64,000 bases of DNA. Origin: Mytilus californianus (Eukaryota). The number at the start of each line of letters is the position of its first letter. The stretch's first letter is position 1. Shown piece by piece: positions 39,401 through 50,498 of this stretch. Below the pieces are notes generated by a model, which saw only the letters and a program-made list of their open reading frames with translations, searched no databases and was not told the DNA's origin. Both the position numbers and the translations under genes were made by a program. The stretch covers positions 79,918,001-79,982,000 of the forward strand of contig NW_026262690.1 in NCBI RefSeq assembly GCF_021869535.1, written 5' to 3'.

Positions 39401-42400
39401 CAATTTAGATGGTTATAATTTCAAACCACAGATCAAAAGAAAAGTGAAAATGTTTGTATATCGAAACAGTTTAAAGGCAATTGACAATATGCCAGATCTG
39501 AGATGAAAATTGATATTCAATTTTTTCTAAAATTATCAAATCTAATTTTAAATTATATAATAGCATCCATTTACAATGTTCTGTAAGTTATTTTACAATT
39601 CTGTAAAAATGGTAGAATGCACAAGCAGATATCTTACAGCTTGGTCAGATCCGACAAATGAAATAGCTTTTATTGCTGGATGATCACAGATGAAATTCAC
39701 AGCTGTAAAATACAAAACAAAATATTCTTAATAATGGTGGCCTTGGGCTGTTTTCTGCTCTTTGGTCGGGTTGTTGTCTCTTTGACACATTCCCCGTTTC
39801 CATTCTCAATTTTATTAAAGAGTCACATTCTTATCAAAGTAAACCATGGAAGGAACTGAAAACATGTCACATATTATGCAGAAACAGATAAAGCTTGGTT
39901 AAATATATTAAAAGCTTAGACTTTTAGTTGTTTAAAAGAATGTGACAGGAACCGACTGATGCATGGACAAACAAAAAATCAGAGGTAAACCAATATTCCC
40001 CCTCCTTTGGAACAGTAGAATAATAATGTCTTGTTCCACATGATACAACAGCATCATGTTTGCAAAGAAAAGATGATTGTTTTTTATCAAAAGCAAGTGT
40101 GGACACAGAAGTGTGCTTGACACAATAAAAATAATGTGATGGGAACGGACATTTTTACCTCAAAACAGTCTGATTTACAGCAAATATAAATGTTTAAAAC
40201 CAAAAGCAGATTCTTTTCAAAAACATTCTATGAAAAATAGACACATATTAAGAATCAGTTTCAAATTATTGAAATATGGTGTGTCATTATGAATACTTTT
40301 GGTCATAAATGACATTAACACTCTCAGAAGGAAAACCAGTAATTAATAACTTGTCTTTCTACAATAAATGTCATTCATCGCCAAATTATTGGCTATATTA
40401 CATGTATCATATTTTAATACACAATGGTTTCTGATCTTCCCTGAATGACATTAACAATTATAGAAGGAAAAACAACTATCAATAACTATCTACATTAAAT
40501 GTCAATCATAGCCAACCATAGGCCTTATTACATGAATCTTCAGATTAACACAATGGGTTCTGATCTTACAATCGTGTCTTCCATGAATGACATTGAGAGT
40601 TCCATCAGGAAGACCAGCTTCCTTTGCCATTTCCACTAACATCATACAGGCTCCAGGATCTCTCTCTGATGGTTTCATTATCATGGTGTTCCCACAGACA
40701 AGTGACATAGGAAACATCTGAAATAATTATTAAAAAAAATGAAGTTTTATGTTATTTAGCATCCAGTTCTTACCCCTAAGGCCAAAAAAAAATATATGTC
40801 TGTTTAAGGTTACATACTTTAAAAAAATAGGGTAGGTAGGTCGGTATTTTCATTTTATTTTATTTTTTGTGACATGATTTTGAGTCATGCCGTTTCGACT
40901 TGTCGTGGTCTGAGTTGATCATGGGCCAAGTTTACCCGTATTTTTGATGATTGGATTATTTCCCTTGGAAAAAAATGGCGGCAAATTGTTTATTTCATCA
41001 CACGAGTTGCGAATTTCCTTAAAACAGCTGTCATATTCACGATTGTGAACATTGGGATGTATCAGGCAATTGATTTATATCATTTGCAACACTAACTTCG
41101 CTTTTGACACGAGTTCAGTTTATTTTTCACTTTACGACGGAAATAAAATGACTTAGGGTCGGTGCTCAAAAGTAGGGTAGGTCGGGTAACCGTAAACAGA
41201 CATATATTTTTTTTTTGCCTAAAAGACAATGCTGTAAAATGAGTTTGGAGTCAACATATTATCCTTTAGCTTTATGTTATTTCCTACTGAACAATGATCA
41301 AATTATCAAAATGTTTATTATTTTATAAAACATAAATTGTTTTCAACAAACAATAAAATCAAATGTGAAAATACTATCATAAAAAACCCTAAAAAATCAG
41401 TGTAAAAAAGAGGCACTGTCTTTGGCTGTTAAATAAAAAGAATTTTACTGTTGATTGCTTTACTTCATTGCAACTTGAGATCTCTCTTTGGTAAATGTAA
41501 AAGTAAGACTCCTAGTGTAAAATAAACTTAGTTTCTCCAATGGCTTGCAATAATGAGCCCTGAATGATATAAACTATTACTTATTGATGGTGACTGTATT
41601 TAGATATTATATTTTTTTTCTCTGAAATATATGAAGGCTTGCCATCTCATTGGCAATTAAAATAATAAACATCTTATTCAGATTTAAATCTGATCAGATA
41701 TCCATCACTATAAATCTCATGATATTAATCTATAACCTCCCTTATATTTTGCTAAATTTTGTGACTCACACTGTTTATTATTAATACAACAGCTTACATC
41801 AAAAGTTCAAGGGAATACAAATCACCATGAATGATGTTGCAATTTATATTTCAATTGATAAAATTCTTACCCATAAAGGAATCATAGCAGGAAAGTTGAA
41901 TGGAGTAATGCCAGCAGTGACACCTAGTGGTACCCTAAAACTCATTGTATCCATGTCTTTTGCAATACCAGGCATTGTTTCTCCCAGCTGTAGTGATGTA
42001 ATGCTGCAGCAATGTTCAACAACCTCTGCAATTACAGCACATTCATTTTAGATTTTCAACATTTACCGATTATAATTTATAATTTTTTAAATAACCCTGC
42101 AGCTATGTTTAAATGAACAAATGTAGAGTGATCTGCATCCAGCATAGAATTCCACTCAAGCCAGTGACAGGGGCAATCTTGAACATGAATAGGGGTGAGC
42201 CTCTGCTCAGTGCTGGAGGCCCACTGTGTCTTTGAGATGAAGTTCAGCAAAATAGGTGTTTTTGAATTTCAAAAGTGTGTGAAGGGATTTTGTATCAAAA
42301 ATAAAATAAACAATTCTTTCTTTTCCGTGTATATTTAAAAGTGCAAGTAATTAAAAAAATTAAGATGACAGGGGATACAACAATGTTCTTTGAACCCTTT

Positions 42401-45400
42401 TATTTTCTGATTTATTGTTATCTTATACATTACAAAAGCATGTAGGAATTTTCATACAAGAAAAAGTAGAGCAGGAAAGTTGAATGGAGGAATACCTGCA
42501 GTAAAAAAAGAAAATGAAATGAATATGAAATTTTTCATATTAATTACACAATAATTTTTCAAGGTCTAAATTGGGCTATCTTTTTGTAAATGTCAGAGCA
42601 GGTAAACAAACAAACAACAATATCCATTGCCTTGAAAATATACTACAGTGCAATGAAGGTCAAGTTACCATGGTTGGCGAAGTACGATCATCTCCTTATT
42701 CAGGTTATTATGATGAGACAAGACATGGAGGCTCCGGAGATACAAAAAAAGCATGTAAACTTGTCACTCAATATGAATAAAAGGAGATTACAAAATAAAA
42801 CTAATCAAGTCAGTATTGGTAAACTTTCATATGACTGTTGACACTATAGACAAGATAGATAGTGCTTAAAGTAGCCCTTATGTTTTACTTACGTAAACCT
42901 CTGGTAACATCCCCTTCAGCATCAACCAAAGTCTTTCCTTGTTCTAGTGTTATGTTCTTGGCAATATCTTTCTGCAAATAGAATTTCAAATTACCGTAAA
43001 ATATTTTCTTTTCTTTGTACATGAAGAGACATTAATCAATCCATCACTCAATTATATCCTCCAGTTTGTTTTCTCATTTTCAAACAAACATGAATGGATA
43101 AAATCTTTTTTTAAGCTAGAAACAAATTGATATTTCAATAGCATTATTCATCATGGGGTACTTATTTTCATTGACCTCTTGGGTATAGATGACCCAAGAG
43201 TTCAGTAAAATAAATTTTCCTAAAGACTTTTACGCAGAATTATCAAACGCATGAAATCAAGTATCCACAAAAATACAATTTTTTTTCTATATTAGAAAAT
43301 TGATCCCCACAAATATAAATGATTCCACAGTATCTGGCCTCATGAATGGCATGGTAGACCTGTTAAACTGGCCAATATTTTTTGTTATTGTTTTAATGTA
43401 TTATTCATTATCTACTTTGCATCAAAAAATAATTTATATATTTCAAAATGTAAGGTAGTTGAACCATATAAAAAAAAACAATTAAATCAATAAAATGAGG
43501 ATAATTTCTATTTTCAGCTGCTTTTATGAGAAGTTTACTTACCAGATTTGCTTTAATAAGATTCTGTAAATTAAACATAACTTGTTGCCGGGTGAGCACT
43601 GTAGTTTTTGACCAGGTTTCATAGGCTTTCTTGCATGATTCTGCAGCTGTTTCCATTTCATCTCTTGTAGCTTCTGGTACCCTTGTCACAACTTCCATGG
43701 TTGCCTATAGGAAAAAATTAGCAGGTTAACATACATGTGAAAGACCGATTAAAAATCAGAATATTTTCAAATTTTGGTCAGGATGATGGAACTTATATAA
43801 TGAAATTTGAATAGTTTACACAATTATTCTATGGTAAAACTGCATAATTTTCTACACATTTTATCAAGATATTGATCATTTCCATCAAAAGGACCTTGTA
43901 AGTATCAGATTTATACCATCCAGACTGGAAACCCATAGATACTGTATGAAAAACCAGAATTGAAATAATAGAAATCTTAAATCTCCTTCCTGATACAAAA
44001 TTTACTGAATTATGCATACTTGATACATTGTAGTTTTTCACCAAACTTTTTATATTTTGATATTGTCAACATAAAAATACAGTCAGGGGTAATACTTATA
44101 CAAGTCATTTTTATTTACTTGAAAATGTAAGTAATATTTACTTGTATAAGTAATTTTGTAAGATTTTTATTTTATTTTCAAGGTTTTAATTACCTCCCCT
44201 TAGTCTTCTCCAAAAATTTACTTATACAAGTAATTTTTTTTACAACCCCTTAAATTCTCAAGTTTTGGGAGGTCAAAACATGCCTAAACAGATTTTTTTG
44301 GGTTTGCTAATTAATTTTTAATTAAAGTTCAACCTTTATCTCAAGAACTAAACAAAGAAATACATTGCGCAAAGATGTTAAGTAACTGTGCAAGGCTTTC
44401 AAAAATTGCTCACTGGAGGCTTGTAAATGAGCAGTATTTTGAAGATAACAGACAAAGGAGATTTTCATTGTCCATGAAATTATACTTTTATGAATAGTAA
44501 AGACAACTATTAATGACACACAATTAAACACTCTATAAGAGCAATGTAGTGAAGAGAAATTCAAAAAAGTAGAAGAAAATAAGACTTTTTTACTTATATA
44601 AGTAAAAAAATATCTGAATGTCTAAGGGATATAACTCTACCTCCAAAATAATTTACATATACCAGTAAATAAAAAACACTTATACAAGTATTACCCCTGA
44701 CTGTAATAGTCACATGGCTAAGGTGAACTAATATATTATATATTCTTTAGTCTTACAAAAGACGAGAGCTAATGTCAGCAGTCATCATACTTGCTTGTAC
44801 ATATTCAGTAAATAATCACTCTTGATGGTGATATTTTTGTGTGCAGGCAGTTGGTGATTCACTCTAAACTACTGCTCTGTATTTTCAATACAGGTTCATA
44901 TAATGACAGGGTCTTAAATTGGAGTGTTATTATTCTAAATCATTAGCAATCATTATGTTTTACTGTGATACATGCTACATCAGCACAGTTCATTTTCTGA
45001 AGAATCACCTTGTATGTATTGTTCAATTCATGTAAACTTATTGTCTGTCCCAAGTTAGGAGCCTATAATTTAGTGGTTGTTGTTTTCTGGTTTATATATC
45101 ATATTCGTTTTTTCAATTATTGTTTTGTACATAAATCAGACTGTTAGTTTTCTCATTTGAATTGTCAATTTGGGCTTTTTATAGCTTACTATGTGGTATG
45201 GGTTTTGCTCATTGTTGAAACCCATACGGTGACCTATAGTTGTTAACTTCTACGTCATTTGGTCTCTGGTGGAGAATTGTCTCATTGGCAATCATGCCAC
45301 ATCTTCTTATTTTTATAATATCTTTTGCTTTATCTCAAAAAATCTCTAATTTCATGTTTTTCAATGATTCCCTATTAACATAATTAAGCACATTTGCTAG

Positions 45401-48400
45401 TCTGAATTACTACAGTTTCAGGTCATATCAGATAAAATACAATTATCATGTTTGAGTCATATATTTATTCATATCCACTCATTGATAAATAATATAAGTC
45501 ATTAACTTTTTATCATAGATTGTATATTTGTCCTTAAAATCTGATCTTTTTTAAAATCTAGAGCTTTGCATATTACGAGAATTTTCTAATTGATTAATGT
45601 AAATGCATTATTTGACTTACAATGTCAGATAGTAATGATTCAGTCTGAGTTTACGAGTCCATCTAAAAACAAGTGCCCTTTGTACACTGGTACATTGTAC
45701 ACACTATGGAACATGGCTGACAATTATTGTTGACGCTTATCCTCCATCAATTTACATAAGAACAATCTTTTGATTGAGTTAAGCCATTTCAATTGATATT
45801 TTATAGTGTGTCTTTCTATGTTGTGATGTTACACTATTGTTTCAGATAGGGTGAAGGTTGGCGCCTATTAATACGTTTAAACCCGCTGCATTTGTTTGCA
45901 CCTGTCCTAAGTCAGGAACCTGATGTTCAGTGGTTGTCGTTTGTTGATGTGGTTCATAAGTGTTTCTCGTTTTTTATATAGATTAGACTGTTGGTTTTCC
46001 AGTTTGAATGGTTTTACACTAGTCATTTTTGGGGCCCTTTATAGCTTGCTGTTCAGTGTGAGCCAAGGCTCCGTGTTGAAGGCTGTACTTTGACCTATAA
46101 TGGTTCACTTTTATAAATGATGGAGAGTTGTCTCATTGGCACTCATACCACATCTTCTTATATCTATGTAATACTTACAGGATTGTGTACATCAATCCAT
46201 TTGTCTGTTTTGGATTCAACAAACTTTCCATCGATGAACAACTTTGTTGTAGCCTGTATTAAAATAAAATTTCATTAGTGTTAGTTTATCTGGCAAAAAA
46301 ATAATTGGTTATCAATAATCAGAGGTGTATAATGAATTATATTTTTAATTATTGTATTTGTTTGTTCTTTGCTATGAAAGAGGAAGGGATTCAAATCAAA
46401 TCTCCACCTTTTTTGTCTAATTGTTTCTTGATCATGATAGTAGTCAATCACACTGGTTAAGTGGTGTTGTATTAGTACTCTTAATTAATAAAAAAAAAGG
46501 CCAAACTAGTCAGCTAATTGACAAATCTTATGACATTTATAATTTATACTTGAATAAACTGCTCTAAAAATATAACCCAATTTTGTTTAAGGTTTATTTG
46601 TGCATATTTACATAGAAGTATTTGGAACTATATTTCAGTCGTATAGATTAGTGGCTATAAACCTGTCTACATCCTGGTGGATGAGGCTGATGCCTTAGGT
46701 AAGAATTGTAACAATAGTTCCAATCTTTCCAAAAAATATAAGTTGAAACATGGTTTGTTCTTGTACAATATATTTTTCTTTCAAACATGGTTTATACATA
46801 CTTACTGGTGATACTGAACCATACAACCGAGGCAGACTGTTCCAACCAACCTGAGGATAAATTATCATTGTTACTTATGTCTTCTACATTACATCTACCA
46901 AACAAACTGATATACATTCTACCTTTTGCAGTTGTTTTGTCTATGTCCAAATCAGAAATTACTGTAGTCTGGTAGCTTTCTTTGATTTTAATTCCTGTTT
47001 TATACATGTTATATGATCTCCTATTCCGGCCAAATCTATGACATTTTGTGTAAGCAAGGTTGGCAAAAAAGCGATCAATACTAGTATTGATCATGACAGC
47101 AGTAAATACCGGTCTATACCAGGAAATACTTGCCAATTGAAATTTATAAAATCATTACCATTGTTTATTGGACTAAATAGCAATAAGGTGTATTGATTGA
47201 TTGTTGGTTGCTTAATGTCCAGTGGCAAATATTTCATGCATGTTCAGGCATACCTTTCAACCTCTGAAACCTTCAAAGAGGGAGATCTCCCTCTCAGCTA
47301 TGACAGCTGATGGGGAGATTTTGCACGAACAACATTTTCAAGCTAACTATATGAACTGTACACTTATTTATCTATAAAACACAAATAAGAGTTAATAAAT
47401 ATACTTTATTTCTTCAATTAATTTTTGTAATCTATACAAGGTGTATTTTCCTTATTCAATACCTCTGAGTCTCATAATATTCAATATTTTAATTTTGTTG
47501 CGAGTCTAACAATTAGCATGCTTTTGAATGTCATACAAGCCACCAGAAGCAACCGAAAAGTTGATTGAACATGATGTGCACAATAAAGATTCATTGTGCC
47601 GAGTGAACTCGGTCGTAAAAATTGAAATTTTTCATCCAATCTACTTGACATTTGCAGTTATATTTCTTCTTCTTTACACTGCCGCTTGGTCCAGACAAAG
47701 ACCTCTATCTTGTTGGAGTTGGCATAGCAGAAATGATTTTCGATTACTAATAAATCGAACATAAAAACTACTGACCAAAGTTTTCAAATGATCGCTGATT
47801 GTTTGTTTCTTTTTATTGACAGTAAAGAAAAATCCTGAGAAATATGAAGGTGGGTCATTCTGGGTTAAAATATTTGAAAGCGGGAGCAGGGGCGGACTGG
47901 CAAGCGGGAGATTTCCGGAATTTCGTTGTTTGAGCGGGAGGGTTGGAAGGTATGGTCAGGACAAACCCTGTTGATTTTATTGTATATATATTCCCCAAAA
48001 TAATAAAAATTGTGATAAAAGCCTTCAAAACTAGAGGTGAAGCACAGGCTCTAATTGTGTTTTTTTTAAAATTTTTTTAGCATTTATAAACCCAGAGACA
48101 TATATTATAGGTCTCTGATAAACCATAAATTAATATCACAAGGACCATATAAAGAGCCATAGTTACACAACTATTTTAAGAAAATTATTCTTAAAACTTT
48201 TGCTGCAAATATAAACTTTCTATTAGAAAGGATCTTAGTTGTATCACTACGTCATGGAAAAGAAAGATATTTTATTCCAAATAAATGGGCTCACAACATG
48301 AGATTATAAGCTTTTTACATAACATAAGTGGGACGTCCTTTAAAGTTTAAGAATTATGTGTAGTTGCAACACATTTATTGATGTAGTATTTTGTACGGTC

Positions 48401-48463
48401 ATATTAGTTTTATTTTCTTACATGCTTGCCAAGTCGTATCGCACGTAAAACTGACGATGACAT
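30497..48463 (-). CDS. ALDH6A1: Methylmalonate-semialdehyde dehydrogenase (acylating), mitochondrial; 15 coding exons, 528 aa
   Basis: Exons: 48463-48422, 46850-46806, 46253-46179, 43704-43543, 42971-42893, 42025-41871, 40717-40570, 39702-39638, 39264-39208, 38656-38597, 37822-37693, 34143-33962, 33157-32978, 31775-31677, 30604-30497; total 1587 nt, all GT-AG, in frame. Motifs: [76 protein letters not shown] (catalytic Cys), [31 protein letters not shown]. Confidence 0.96.
32090..32750. repeat. Old tandem duplication, period about 311 bp, in ALDH6A1 intron 13
   Basis: aaatgatatag at 32116 and 32427; shared gcacacaatct, aacttgttcactctgaa and ctgatcaag.atgtact. Confidence 0.75.
35581..37305 (+). 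mobile_element. Mutator-like (MULE) DNA transposon, 1725 bp, in ALDH6A1 intron 11
   Basis: Terminal inverted repeats of about 33 bp (ggtgtcttcctcctattcccactttttaaaaat versus reverse complement ggttcattcctcctattcccactttttataaat). 8-bp target-site duplication GCTAATAT at 35573-35580 and 37306-37313. Internal transposase remnant. Confidence 0.9.
35920..36830 (+). pseudogene. Disrupted MULE transposase (DDE domain)
   Basis: Motifs [30 protein letters not shown] and [15 protein letters not shown]. Frameshift near 36265, in-frame stops at 36738-36740 and about 36830, no N-terminal DNA-binding region. Confidence 0.88.
40300..40594. repeat. Tandem duplication (136-142 bp period) spanning the end of ALDH6A1 exon 7 and the start of intron 7
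   Basis: aatgacatt at 40308, 40444 and 40586; shared acacaatgg.t.ctgatctt. Confidence 0.75.
40780..41219. mobile_element. PIF/Harbinger (Tourist)-like MITE, 440 bp, in ALDH6A1 intron 6
   Basis: TIRs ggc(c)aaaaaaaaatatatgtctgttta-ggttac at both ends; TAA duplication at 40777-40779 and 41220-41222. Confidence 0.75.
44080..44703. mobile_element. Tc1/mariner-like MITE, 624 bp, in ALDH6A1 intron 3
   Basis: TIR cagtcaggggtaatactt at both ends, TA on both sides, internal repeats of ttactt(g/a)tataag. Confidence 0.75.
45775..46165. repeat. Family A repeat, long subfamily, in ALDH6A1 intron 3
   Basis: Matches the reverse complement of 51318-51760 and both halves of 53805-54230. Confidence 0.8.
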
Positions 48464-48479
48464 CCTTCTACGTAGATCA

Positions 48480-48860
48480 GCTGCAGGAAAATAAGTAAGT
48501 CAGCTCAGCTGCACCAGAAAAAATAAACTAATTTGATTGGATGTCAAGGACACTGCCTCTAAAAAGTCCGATTTCGGAACAGCAACGAAAATTTCCGTTA
48601 ATGCAACAGGTGCGTGCTCAGGTTTGATACGTTCAACGCAGAGTTTCGTTCAGAGTGTGCGCATATTTAAATTTTTCATTATTTTGTAAATAATAAAGTT
48701 TGCTTAACTTTACAATGATTTATACTTGATACATGCACCAGTTAACTTATCAACCACCAGCCGGCTTCGTGGTAATTAAACTGTATTACTAGTAGGGATT
48801 TACAATAACTGTCAGACTCTGAGTCCGAGTACGAATACAACTACAAATCATACAGATAAG
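48480..48860 (-). promoter_or_regulatory. CpG-rich ALDH6A1 promoter or 5'UTR region with a 5'UTR intron acceptor
   Basis: Dense CpGs relative to the flanks. Minus strand reads CTGAC-ttacttattttcctgcAG (AG at 48482-48481), 17 nt upstream of the ATG. Confidence 0.55.
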
Positions 48861-49235
48861 CTATAGGGGTGATCCAAGGGGATTTGTAATCTCAAAATAA
48901 TGTGTACGCTAATTAATTTAACCGTATTCAATCTTTGTGTGGTGATAGGACAAAATGAAACCATTTATCAAATTAACTGACTTTTTTTACTGAAGGGTAA
49001 TAAGCTCGCAGACAGACGCTAACAGATTATGTTCAGAATTTAAAAAATTTCACAACAAACATTTATTGCTCTAGTAATATGATCATTTTTACCGATTACA
49101 TTAAAATAATAACCCCTTCTCAAGTTTAAAAAAATTGGTCCTTTCATAACCATGATAACTGACGAATTATTTAAAAGGAAATTGGATAATACAATTGTTC
49201 AGTTTATTCAGTATTACTTTTTTGTTTTGAAGCAT

Positions 49236-49343
49236 TCTAATTAAAATCAAATCCTTGAAAAGCTCCCGTTCTGGTATGTCGCGCATCCTTGATGCGCGTG
49301 ACATATCAGAACGGGAGCAATTAAAAGATTTAATTCAAATTAG
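49236..49343. repeat. Fold-back palindrome
   Basis: Core 49262-49318 (gctcccgttctg...gcgcatc-ctt-gatgcgc...cagaacgggagc) is near-perfect; the outer AT-rich arms match at about 18 of 25 positions. Confidence 0.8.
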
Positions 49344-49508
49344 ATTGGTTTTGGGGCTATTTGTTTCCACTGTGTATAGTCTGAGACTACTATACAGTCT
49401 CAGGTATAGTCTTGGAGAATAGTACGGAGCCCTTTAAGTGTTATGTAAATATAAATAGATTTCGACAGAAGATAACCATAAAAAAAGCCGGAACACAAAA
49501 AAGAATAA

Positions 49509-49659
49509 GGCTGTGTTTGGATATACGCCTAAGGCAGCCTATGGTTACCCATAGGTATCTTTGGGTACCCATGGTTTGATATTTTGATATATAGAATATC
49601 AAACCAAAGGTACCTATGGATAACCATAGGCCACCTCTGGCGTATATCCAAACACAGCC
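49509..49659. mobile_element. PIF/Harbinger-like MITE, copy 1 (151 bp)
   Basis: Perfect 21-bp TIR ggctgtgtttggatatacgcc; left flank TAA. Confidence 0.8.
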
Positions 49660-49766
49660 TTTAAAGGATTTAATTTAAATAAGATTGATTTTGGGGCTAT
49701 TTGTTTCCACTGTGTATATAGTCTGAGACTACTATACAGTCTCAGGTATAGTCTTGGAGAATAGTA

Positions 49767-50359
49767 CGGAGCCCTTTAAGTGTTATGTAAAAATAAATAT
49801 TTTCGTTTGCCACGGATTTAATCGGGTGCGCACCAGTTTGATAAATCATGCGCACCAGTTTGATTAATCGTGCGCACGACTCTCAAAAATGATGTGCACG
49901 ACTCTCAGGCTGTGTTTGGATATACGCCAGAGGTGGCTTATGGTTATCCATAGGTAGCTTTGGTTTGATATTCTATATATCAAAATATCAAACCATGATA
50001 CCTATGGGTAACCATAGGCTGCCTTAGGCGTATATCCAAACACAGCCTCAAACTCGTGCGTACGACTTTCAAACTCGTGAGCAAGTTCGTATAGAGTCAA
50101 TCAAACTTTGTTTTAAAGTTATGCGAACGAGTTTGAAAGTCGTTCGCACCAGTTTTAAAATGTCGTGCGCACAAGTTTAAAAGTCGTACGCACAAGATTA
50201 AAACTCGTTGCGCACTAGTTTTAAAGTAGTGCGTACGAGTGTTAAAGTCAAGCGCACGAGTTTCAAAGTCGTGCGCACGATTGCGCAAACTGGTGCGCAC
50301 CAGATTAAATCTGCGTCAAACAGAAATATTTATATTTACATGGCACTTAAGGGGATCCG
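49767..50359. mobile_element. Long-TIR non-autonomous element with about 21-bp subterminal tandem repeats (superfamily unassigned)
   Basis: About 75-bp imperfect inverted termini (cggagccctttaagtg...gtttg...gatttaatc.ggtgcgcaccagtttg). Arms consist of repeated gtgcgcacga-type units. Confidence 0.7.
49908..50047. mobile_element. PIF/Harbinger-like MITE, copy 2 (140 bp, opposite orientation)
   Basis: Same perfect TIR; 3-bp duplication TCA on both sides; nested inside the 49767-50359 element. Confidence 0.82.
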
Positions 50360-50498
50360 GTGTAATGCATACAATCAACTTTGGATCCTGTTTTGTAATA
50401 AATGTTTCATATCTTTCATGATTTCTGCGAACCACTTACTTTAAAGATTCTTTGTTACTATTCTTTTGTCCTTTTTTGGGGGGGGGGGGGGGGGGGGA

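Noticed and set aside
46792-47136. 114-aa minus-strand ORF as a separate gene
   Set aside because: No homology recognised. It overlaps ALDH6A1 exon 2, which is read in a different frame.
47231-47325. 53-nt AG...GT segment as ALDH6A1 exon 2
   Set aside because: It has an in-frame stop and the wrong phase; the 45-nt exon at 46850-46806 restores the frame.
50097-50444. Overlapping ORFs with repeated heptads
   Set aside because: Translations of the 21-bp tandem repeats.
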